Part shown: in pieces, positions 20,909 through 30,364 of the stretch
How positions within the stretch are numbered: position 1 is the first letter of the stretch
Layout: each line of letters starts with the position of its first letter
Assembly (NCBI GenBank): GCA_963825865.1
Contig: CAWGVG010000053.1
Coordinates: 1 to 39,176, forward strand
Source: an uncultured Nitrososphaeraceae archaeon
GTDB lineage: Archaea; Thermoproteota; Nitrososphaeria; Nitrososphaerales; Nitrososphaeraceae
Reading direction: 5' to 3'
DNA length: 39,176 nt
The notes under the pieces: generated by a model
Database searches by the model: none
Told to the model about the DNA's origin: nothing
The model's input: only the letters and a program-made list of their open reading frames with translations
Program-made: the position numbers and the translations under genes

Positions 20909-21377
20909 GACTGGGTATGGAAGATTCTTAATATCTTATTTTTTACCTTGTTAAACAAAAAGTGGATTTTGTTACTCTCTGTCACAACATATCAATTTTA
21001 TTTACTTCTTATGTACTTGCTTCGAGCATTTGTACTAATTTCTTTGGAACTGTAATCATCGCACCATGTCCATGTATACTCAGGATTATCTTTCCATATA
21101 TTCTCTTGATTTTTATCTAGGCCAGGGAGAAGTATCTAAGAGATTTGAAGAGAAACTATTAGAATATTCTTCCAACCATAGGCCTTTGAAATTTATAGGC
21201 TATTGTTTGCCAGATATTTCATTTCAAACCAAGCAATTCACTTGAAGCTCTTTACTTTGACTACGCCATTTTTTATGAGAGTACAAGCTTTATGGACCTA
21301 ATTTCCCCAATGAAGCACTCTTTTTGGGACGCTACATTCTCCAATATAGCATACTTTGGCTATGTTACATTCCCTAA

Positions 21378-22405
21378 ACTTTTGATTAGCAAACATAGGT
21401 AACAATATAGCTTACAGACATAGGTAACACTTCTGCTAGGAAGTGGAAATCTCTATAGAAATTAGAACAAAATTCAATCTCATTCATGAACATGAATGGA
21501 CTGGTAATAGTATTAGCGATATTTGCAATAAATACGAAATATCTAGGAAGACATATTACAGGTGGAAAAATAGATACATAGAGCACGGAATAGACGGGTT
21601 GAAAGACCCATCTAGAAGGCCTCATAGCATCAAAACCAAAGTATCTAAAGAAATAGAAGAAACAATACTTGATTTAAGATTAAAGACCTTTGGTATAGTA
21701 GAATCAGGTTCAGATTAAAAAGACTTGGAGTATCATTGAGCAGTAGAACCATATACAAGACATTGAAAAAACATACTCTCAACGTTCTAAACTGTAAGGT
21801 AAAGAATAATAGAAAGTATAAGCGATTTGCAATGAAACATCCAAATGACATGCTTCAAATGGATATACTTGGACCATTTTACGTACGCTGTTCTAGCACA
21901 AGAAATTACATGATAAGTGTATAGATGACTGTTCAAGAAAAGTTGCTAGCAAGTGGTCTGAAAGAAAGAGGAGCATTGATGTTTTGAATGTACTAGAGGA
22001 GTGGATTATGGATAACGGAAAGCCCAGGAAAGTTATGCATGACAACGGTAAGCAGTTTACATCTAAACTATTCAAACACTTTCTATATAAGAATAACATA
22101 AAGGATAAACCAATTCCAAATTCATATCCACAGTTACAAGGAAAGATAGAAGCATATAACAAGATTGTAAAGAATGAGTTCTTGACAGTTGAAGAAATAA
22201 CAAGTATTGATGATGGAAAACTAAGGTATGATATGTTTGTCAAAGCATATAATGAAACTAGGGAACATGGTGGAATAAATGGTCTTACTCCTTCTGAAAG
22301 GTTTGTACAAAGGTTAATTAAATCTAAGACATATACAAAAAGGAAGCAAGAAAGTGTAACCTATGTAGGTAATCAAAATTGTTACCCATCTGTGTAAGTA
22401 CAACA
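21378..22405 (+). mobile_element. IS481 family insertion sequence, transposase split by two frameshifts
   Basis: HTH 'ISRKTYYRWKNRY..G..GL.D.SRRP', rve core 'QMD', 'IDDCSR', 'HDNGKQF', 'PQ.QGKIE', 'YN..R.H..ING.TP'. Paired subterminal motifs ACATAGGTAACA at 21393 and 21418, inverted at 22355 and 22380. Right end ...ACAACA. Left end imprecise, no TSD found. Confidence 0.9.
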
Positions 22406-22799
22406 ACAGTTATTATACCTAATTTTGCAGCAGATTCTAATTTTAAAAATAAGTATGGTTGGTATTTGGCAATTTATAATAATACTAATAATTCCTATAC
22501 CCTTCCTCTATCGAAAATTTCTGATATGCCTAAAAATAAAGTTCAAGTATTCATTGATCCTGATTTTGTAGGAGATCCAACATCTTTTAATTATCTTGTT
22601 AGTGTTATGATCAGAGTTAATAGGTACATTCCTTGACAAGCCGCCTGATTACCTTGTGGATTCTGCTCCTGATAATGAAGTATTTTGGATACAACAATGG
22701 TTTAGCAGGTAGTACTGGACTTGAAATAACCTGCTTTTAATAATATATGATGGCTCTGTCTGTGGAGTTAAAAATCTTTCAACGCGTGACTGTGTGACT

Positions 22800-22990
22800 G
22801 GTCACACGCTGTAAACAAATTATACCACAGAGAGACACACTAAAAATACATCACTGAAAATTAATCCATCTGATCAGCTCCCTTCACTAGCATATTGAGT
22901 TCAAACTAAAATTTAATGATAACAGATGATATCAGAGATAACAAGAAGATAGCAATGATAACAAATTGATAACATATGATAACAAGAGCT
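22800..22990 (+). repeat. 191-bp dispersed repeat, copy 2
   Basis: Same orientation as 15620-15810. GATANCA at 22918, 22928, 22937, 22948, 22957, 22968, 22978. Confidence 0.95.
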
Positions 22991-23166
22991 CAGTATTTGT
23001 ATATAATAGTGAAACTGATCATTCTTCCGCCAGTACGTTGAACCATTACGGCCAATAAACCATTTAGGTCACAACCTTCCACAGCTCCTATAGAAATTAT
23101 CTGAAAAATCAACATTTTTAATATAATAATTTCTGAATTTGTTCTTTTACAATACAGCTTTAGCAT

Positions 23167-23870
23167 ATGTGGGCATAATCTGGGCTCCTTGTCACAGCAT
23201 TAATAGTGTTTTTCCCCACGACAAACAAAGGTTTTGCAATGTCTATGAATATGGTTCCTTCATCAATAGCACACTTATTGCCCTCGTCATCTTCAACTTC
23301 AAATGTACAAAGTGAAGGTTTGAACTTCCATATGGATTCAGGAGCATTCACTCCAGTCGCAATGCAAACAGCGCAAACCATGATGAAAGAAGGAGTACGC
23401 TCATATCCACAAGATAACACTAGTCGCTTATGATACAAACCTTACACTACCACAGGGAAATGTGATACACGCAATGACATTTAACGGAACAGTACCAGCA
23501 CCTACAATCAGAGTAACGCAGGGCGACATGATAAACGTTACATTGATAAACTATCCAAAGAACAAAAATGGCCATAGTGTTGATAACCACGCATCAATAA
23601 ATGGCGCAGGACCCTAATAATGGACCAGTGATGCCAGGACAGGAGCAATCTTATGCATTTATAGCAACACAGCCAGGCTTCTTCAAATATCATGATGAGG
23701 GTATTGTAGTTATTTCAGCGGACAAGCATGTATTCTCTGGAATGGCTGGCGGTGTTATAGTAGACCCAGTAAATGGATATACTGGATACAAATACACAAC
23801 CTACAATGATAATGGCACTAGAATAAATGAGACCATAAGTCCAAATGCAAAGGAAGTTGCATATGTCGGA
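23167..23870 (+). pseudogene. NirK-like / multicopper oxidase N-terminal cupredoxin domain, disrupted and truncated
   Basis: 'AMTFNGTVPAPTIRVTQGD..NVTLIN', 'HSVDNHAS', 'PGFFKYHDEG....DKHVFSGMAGGVIVDP' over three frames with stops. Confidence 0.8.
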
Positions 23871-23872
23871 AA

Positions 23873-24499
23873 ATGGGACTTATTAAAAAAAGTATCTTTG
23901 ATTCCTTTCCTTCCATATTTGATTATTTATTTCTTGATAAATCTGAGATTTTGTCATTATCTGTCTTACTTGGTGGCAATAAGGAAATTTGTGACAACGT
24001 TCAATCAGCTGCCTTAAGTACAATCAACAAATTCTTTGTAGTTTACGATGAAGGTATATCAGCAATACAATCTGACGATTGTCCTCAAGAATTCCTAAAC
24101 AGCAAGTGTTATCAGTTTATTCAGGACAAATTAAGGGAAATTGAAGTATTGGTTAGATACACTGACCTTGAATCCTTTGCTAAACATATGGCAAGCAAAA
24201 AAACAAGACCAAAACAAAATATACCTCTTTTTTCACTTTCTTTCAAAGATATACCTTCTTCAATACTAAATAAATTATATACAAAGAATATCAAACAAGA
24301 AGAATTCAGCTTAGAAAATGAGCTGCATCTTATAGAAAATGCATTAGCAGATGAATTTAGTTTTTTGTTTTTAATAGGACTTTTAAGAGAGAACAATCAT
24401 AAGGCTTCGGATTATCCTCTAACTACTGGTTTTATCAGGCCTAATACCAAGTCAATTTATCCTATAGATTTTTTAATAGCAGATAGTCAACAGCGATGA
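23873..24499 (+). CDS. Hypothetical protein or fragment (208 aa)
   Basis: Long open frame fused behind the nirK-like fragment. No motif recognised. Confidence 0.4.
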   Translation: MGLIKKSIFDSFPSIFDYLFLDKSEILSLSVLLGGNKEICDNVQSAALSTINKFFVVYDEGISAIQSDDCPQEFLNSKCYQFIQDKLREIEVLVRYTDLESFAKHMASKKTRPKQNIPLFSLSFKDIPSSILNKLYTKNIKQEEFSLENELHLIENALADEFSFLFLIGLLRENNHKASDYPLTTGFIRPNTKSIYPIDFLIADSQQR

Positions 24500-24732
24500 T
24501 AATATTCGCAATAAGATGACAGATTGGATAAAGGAAGTCTATAATCTATCAAAAATTAACATTGGACAAGATGAATCAAATTTATTTGGAGATAAATAAT
24601 GCAGGAAGTAAAAAGTAAATTTTCAAGTAATGTGAGCCATACTACTCCTCTCTTATCCAAAATGCCAAGCCAATGACGTAGAACATTCACACTCGCCTTC
24701 TTTTTATGTATGTGTTCTATATCCGATATGAA

Positions 24733-25130
24733 CTAAGATACTTTCAGTAATCCTTGTTCTTCTAAAGTCTTCTTTATTGCCAGTAGAGGCTGCAATTCTT
24801 TACGTAGCAAAATTACTTCATCCTTGTCTCTTTCCAATATATCATTACGGTACTTAATTTCGTTATTTTCCAAAATTAATCGATTTTCTGAAGATATAGT
24901 TAGAAATGTACTGCGTTAAGATAATCTTCAAGGAGTTGAGACCCAGTTACCCTGTAATATGAATCAGATATTCCAGTCGAATGGTTCATTAATTCTTCGA
25001 AATGCACATTTATGAAGCGAAAAAACCTATCAAGCCTCGTCGTATACTTTTCCCTAGTTTGGGGTGCGTTCATCGCAAAGATGAAAATCGAATAAGGATC
25101 TTCTGATCCATAATCTTGGTATCTATACAA
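24733..25130 (-). pseudogene. Tyrosine integrase with the catalytic core deleted
   Basis: N-terminal 'DPYSIF.FAM.APQTREKY..RL..FF.FI' is joined directly to C-terminal 'E.LMNHSTGISDSYYR....LLEDYL.AV', with the coiled-coil tail in a shifted frame. Confidence 0.8.
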
Positions 25131-25185
25131 TCTTTTTCTATCACTTTTTATTTATTTGAGAACCCTAATAAAGGAGTGATATCAA

Positions 25186-25203
25186 TGCGGGCTCGAAGGA
25201 ATC
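25186..25203 (-). other. Putative att-site remnant resembling a tRNA 3' end
   Basis: Minus strand GATTCCTTCGAGCCCGCA resembles T-arm 3' strand plus acceptor stem CGAGCCC plus discriminator G. It is GC-rich in AT-rich context, about 55 bp upstream of the integrase remnant. Confidence 0.5.
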
Positions 25204-25529
25204 CATGACGATATCGGTGCTAAAAGTGGATTTTATTAAATCAGAATAAGCATACACTATCTTTAAAGTTTTGTGCTTCTATTTACATACATAATCAGGA
25301 TGGGAGAGATTTACTTTACCTTTTATCCATACTCATTCAAGATAATGAAGCTAATGATAATATAGCACCACTTGTAGCAGAAATTAGGTCTATGACACAT
25401 AACACCGCACAATAATAAGATACATAAAGCATTGTTTTTTAAAAGCAAGAAAAGTGTTTATACAAGGTTGAGTCCGTTTACATTAAACTGCATTAAATAT
25501 CTTTTAGGTGTTAGAGAGAAGCAACTTTT

Positions 25530-26537
25530 TTAAATGCCTATTTCTTGAAACCAATCCTTCAATTCTGATCTAGATGGAGTTTCGATTTCTTTGGGATGAA
25601 AATGAGACTCATGTAGAGCATCATTTATTGCATTAAACAAGACAACTGGTCTAGGATAATCTGTAATCGGTTTGGTCTTCTCTTTTAGATAGCCTGGGAC
25701 ACTGTTCCACCAGTCATCAAATTTTCTGTGAAGGTTTTCTTGAGATACAGGTATTGACATGACTTGTGTTTCAGGAATCTTTAATGAAATATGCTTAGAA
25801 TGTAGAATATCGTAATCTACCATCTTAGCGTTCTTCTCTGTCTTTAAACCTAGAACTTTTGGGAATTGTAGTGGTATTTTTCCTATCTCAATACTTTCAT
25901 CCTTTGATAATGGCTCAGTTAGTCCATAAGGTAATATCTTGCCATCAGATACCGTAGCAGGAATTTCTATGCTTGCACTTGGAAGTTCCAATCTTGCAGC
26001 CCCGTTATAGGAAACGGGCGACAGACAATTATCACCGCATTCAGGGATTTTATTCAATACCTTTATCTTTGGATGATATTCATTCTCTGGGACTTCGAAT
26101 TCGTGAACATACTCCCTTTCTTTCCTCATCAATATTCCCTCGATCACATGTTGTCTAATATGCCATTTTGTAAATAATTGATAGATTTCAATTGATTGTT
26201 TTCCGCATTTGGGAGCTTCGTAAGTGTCTTCATCTTCCATTGTTTCCTCTTTGGAAATGGTCAGGGTTTGATTCGACTGCTTAGAGATCTTAGCCGAGAT
26301 CTCAGCCAAGCTAATATTCAAATTGCCACCAAGCTCTTTTTCTGTACTTTGAAAGTATTCATTTGACCATCCAGATTTTCTTGTAAATTTAATTACCTTC
26401 TTATTGCCACACAAACAAGCGTCACTGAGTAGTAGCTTCCATAACCTGAAAACTTCTACATCGACAATTCTGTTAGATTGACTATCGTCTCGTTGACTAC
26501 CAATTGGTACACTTCCTACGAAGAACGGTGTAACCAA
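25530..26537 (-). CDS. 335-aa protein with aerolysin/Toxin_10-like beta-hairpin region
   Basis: Intact ORF. 'W.LL.S...KFTRKSGWSNEYFQSTEKELGGNLNISLAEISAKISKQSNQTLTISKEETMEDEDTYEAP....IYQL'. Confidence 0.5.
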   Translation of the reverse strand: MVTPFFVGSVPIGSQRDDSQSNRIVDVEVFRLWKLLLSDACLCGNKKVIKFTRKSGWSNEYFQSTEKELGGNLNISLAEISAKISKQSNQTLTISKEETMEDEDTYEAPKCGKQSIEIYQLFTKWHIRQHVIEGILMRKEREYVHEFEVPENEYHPKIKVLNKIPECGDNCLSPVSYNGAARLELPSASIEIPATVSDGKILPYGLTEPLSKDESIEIGKIPLQFPKVLGLKTEKNAKMVDYDILHSKHISLKIPETQVMSIPVSQENLHRKFDDWWNSVPGYLKEKTKPITDYPRPVVLFNAINDALHESHFHPKEIETPSRSELKDWFQEIGI

Positions 26538-26946
26538 GCTAGGGTCAACTTGCTTAAAAGAGTGTATTAAGTTTTATTATATAACCGAAGCTGAAACGTA
26601 CGATCTATGTGATTAATTAAATTGCTTATACATATACCTAGTTAAACAGTTTGTTTCTGGGTACAAAAATGGTAATAAAAAATATCTTGAAATCAAAGGT
26701 ATTGCTGAACAAACTGTAAATATACATGATATCAAAATCCTTATTACAGTAATGAATATCTTGAAGTTTTGTCGTTATTCTGGTTCAGATAATATAGACC
26801 AAGGTTGTTAATGCCTGCTCTTTCGATAACTTCCTCATATAAAAGCAACAATTTGCAGTCGCTCCTGATAGCATTCTAAAACTTCTACAACTACTGTACG
26901 GAAACCGAAAAAAATATAGCTAAATTAAACAAATACTATAGTATAA

Positions 26947-27381
26947 CGAAATGACAAATATATATCAATTTATGACGATCTTTCTGGCAATTTAGAAAAA
27001 TATGTAAGACTACTAGTCTGGATAAATAAAATATTTGAAGGTGAGGTTCCAGATTATACCAAAATAAAAAGAGATAACTTAGCAAATCATGTTGGACACT
27101 TGCGTAACCAACCTGCCTTCAAGGATCTATTAGACCCATTTAATGTCACTATAAGAAACGCCATCTCACATAAAAGTTCAGTGTTTATTGATCCTATAAC
27201 GGAATTAATTACATTTATTGACACCAATACAACTGTTGTCAAAAGTTACCAAGAATTCGTAAATGAAACAAGAGAATTGGCTGCTGCATGGAGTGTTATT
27301 TCAAACATTGGTTTTATCATAAGCCTTTATAGTATACGAAAATTATTTTTTAGCACAAATTTATTTAATAACCCTAAATAG
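26947..27381 (+). pseudogene. HEPN RNase-like C-terminal fragment
   Basis: Open frame from 26947 (..YDDLSGNLEKYVRLL...) containing the RxxxxH motif 'IRNAISH'. 5' part is broken. Confidence 0.6.
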
Positions 27382-27419
27382 AAAATTAGTTAATACTTTA
27401 GACATCAGAATTCATAAAT

Positions 27420-27670
27420 TATCTCCACTACATCCACCATCTCCACTTTTGCTTATTTTGACAAAAGGAGTAAGATTTGAGCTTCTTTTAGTGGAGGTAT
27501 TGCAATGGTATATCTCCACCATTAACACAGATTATTGGACATAGATAGAGTGGAGATATTTGTTGAAAGGTAGAGATATTATATACAGTAGCAAGAATAT
27601 CTCCACCGTTTTTGGACTAAATATGAGCACGAATTTGCTCTTGGTGGAGGTAGTGGAGATAGTGGAGGTA
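27420..27670. repeat. Symmetric array of 9-bp motifs (TAYCTCCAC / GTGGAGRTA), iteron-like
   Basis: Three tandem copies at 27420, 27429, 27438. Three inverted tandem copies at 27644, 27653, 27662. Five single copies in between at about 27491, 27511, 27550, 27570, 27598. Confidence 0.9.
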
Positions 27671-28076
27671 TTTTATCTATTTTCTAATGGTAATCTGTTT
27701 ATGACAATAGACATGTAGCAATTAAGATTTCTTCAAAGTCCTTAAATTCAAAATCTTGAAATATTAAAATACTTAATTGCATTTAGTGCATTAATCAAAT
27801 TTGGAATATAAAAAAATATGGCATAATAATCTAATTTACATCTTTTTTAGATATTAGTTTGTTCTACTCGAAATTGAACATTTTTGAACGTAAATTTTGA
27901 CAGATAAAGTTATTTCAGCGTGAAGATATTTATTTTTAATTATGTTATAGTGTACATTCCATATAATCTAAACGGCTATAACTTAAATCTTCATAATATT
28001 CTTATAAATAGCTTAATTATATCATTTTTTTATTTTCATAAACTATTTATCTCGATATCATGCCTGGCTGATTTAT

Positions 28077-28556
28077 GTGACCTGTGTGGACACAAAAATC
28101 TTGATTGCTACTGCAATAGGTTCTAGCTTGACTAGGGTACTACTTTTTGGCAAAACAGTACTGTCAGTCGACTGGTGGAAGAAATATATTTTTGCAAACT
28201 TTGAAAATGGAAGGGGAATACAAGAACAAGAACAAGAACAACAAAAATCAGAAGATGCTAATATGACATTTGGGTCAAATCACAACATAACTGAATCAAA
28301 ATCTCAATCCCTTGTACAAGTAAAAAAATTGTCAAAATGGAATGGGAACCATGATTTGATAAACAAAAAAGTCATCTCATGTGAAATGGTCGATATAGGA
28401 TGTATTAGTACGGTTGAGAATCAATTCATGACTATAATATGTAATGGAGCCAAGCAACAACAATATGTCATTCCCACTTATTATGTTAGAGAGCATGATA
28501 AGGAAAGAGTATTGATAGATACGTCAGTTAGATATTTAGATCGTTATCAAATCTAG
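28077..28556 (+). CDS. Hypothetical protein, PRC-barrel-like C-terminus, start uncertain
   Basis: 'LINKKVIS.....IG.I..V....M.I......YVIP...V...D...VLID'. Immediately upstream of kdpA. Confidence 0.45.
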   Translation: MTCVDTKILIATAIGSSLTRVLLFGKTVLSVDWWKKYIFANFENGRGIQEQEQEQQKSEDANMTFGSNHNITESKSQSLVQVKKLSKWNGNHDLINKKVISCEMVDIGCISTVENQFMTIICNGAKQQQYVIPTYYVREHDKERVLIDTSVRYLDRYQI

Positions 28557-28659
28557 GAGACAATGTAAGTATAGTCTAAAGAAAATAGATGAGGTTGTCA
28601 TCATGAATGAACGAGATATATAATCTATCAATTGTAAATGGATTTGCTAAAAATAGCGA

Positions 28660-30306
28660 GTGACCTATGTGGACTCAATAGTACAACTTAGTGTCATTTT
28701 TGGAGGATCAATAGGAGGAGCAGTTCTTTTTGGTCTTTATATTGCCAGGATGATTTCCTATGAAATGAGACCTTTAGAAAAGCCACTTGCAAGGATAGAG
28801 AATGGATTTTACAAAATCATTGGAATAGACAAAGATAAACAAATGACATGGAAAGAATATATGTTTGCTCTCGTTTTAACCGACGGCATTGTAACAGTAT
28901 TCATTTTTTCGATATTTGTAATTCAAAGTATGCTTCCAACGGCAACACCTGGCCTGAAAGGACTATCAATTGATTTAGCATTTAATACTGCTCATTTCAT
29001 TCATTACCAATACTGATCTTCAGCACTATGTTGGCGATCAGCAACTTTCTATATTGTCACAAATGATCGCCATTACCTTTCCGATGTTTGTGGCTCCTGC
29101 ATCAGCTATGGCCGCTGGATTTGCATTTATCAGAGCTTTTATAAGAAAGAACTTTGGTTTAGGTAATTTTTATGTTGACTTCATTAGAGTCATTTTAACA
29201 CTGTTACTTCCTGTGGCTTTTATCTCATCACTATTTCTGATGTCATTGGGAGTTCCACAGACTACTTAATTCATCTGTAACTATAGATAAGACTCTAGAA
29301 GGTCATAACCAGATATTTACAATAGGTCCAGTAGCTTCACTAGAGTCTATAAAGGAACTTGGACACAACGGCGGAGGATTCTTTGGTTCAAATTCTGGCT
29401 CATCCATTTGAAAATCCAAATGGATTTACAAATATCTATGAGATGTTTTTGATATTGATAATACCTCTATCTTTTCCTGTCGCATATGGTAAATTAGTTG
29501 GTAGGGGTAGAGGAATATCTATTCTAATAGCTATGATTATAGGATTAGGACTGATGCTTGGTATAGCTCTAGCCACTCAAAGTGGCCCAAAAGGGTTAGA
29601 AACAAGGTTCGGAAGCTTTGGAAGTGTATTATTCGATACCATATCTATAGCTACCAATACAGGAGCAGCAAATTCTGCACTTACTGGGATGTCACCAAAC
29701 GCTGTGATTTCTTTGTTCCTCGGCATGTTTGTCCAGGCTATTCCAGGAGCTGCTGGGACTGGAATGATGACTATGATTGTCTATGTTTTGTTGACTCTCT
29801 TTATCGTTGGTCTGATGGTTGGCAAGACTCCAGAATATATGAGCATGAAAATAAGTCCAAAAGATATCAAATTATCAGTATTCATATTTCTAATACATCC
29901 TGCATTAATCCTAATTCCAACAGTAATAGCATTTACAACTGGAAATGCTCAAGCTGTATTGGGTAGCGAATCAGAAGGCCAAAAAGTAACACCCTTAGGA
30001 TATACTCAAACATTATATGAATACACTTCGGCAGCAGCAAATAATGGTTCAGATTATTTAGGAACTTCTGCAAATACGCCATTCTGGAATTGGTCTACAG
30101 GAATCGTAATGTTGCTTGGAAGGTTCGCACCATTAGGTTTGATGTTGGCGATTGCAGGTTCCTTTACACTTAAAGATAGAAAGGAAGTAGTTGAACCAAT
30201 AAAAACAGAAGGGCCGTTGTTTATCTCAGTATTAGTAATTATGACATTCCTTCTTACTGCTCTTACTTTCTTTCCATTCCTAGTAATAGGACCATTTTCA
30301 ATGTAG
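28660..30306 (+). CDS. kdpA: K+-transporting ATPase subunit A (three frameshifts)
   Basis: 'QMTWKEY', '[16 protein letters not shown]', 'GNFYVD', 'GVPQT', '[19 protein letters not shown]', 'AHPFENP', 'GLETRFG', '[10 protein letters not shown]', '[12 protein letters not shown]'. Shifts at about 28993, 29265 and 29397. Confidence 0.95.
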
Positions 30307-30364
30307 GTGGTGGTGAGTGAATAATTAATGAAAATAGTTGATATAATAAAAAGAGAAATGAGAA

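Noticed and set aside
15620-22990. Composite transposon or provirus bounded by the two 191-bp repeats
   Set aside because: No TSD outside the repeats and the enclosed 7 kb is unrelated debris without an integrase. Not excluded, but unsupported.
25150-25260. Complete tRNA gene
   Set aside because: Only an 18-bp 3'-end-like stretch. No D-arm, anticodon arm or matching 5' acceptor strand nearby.
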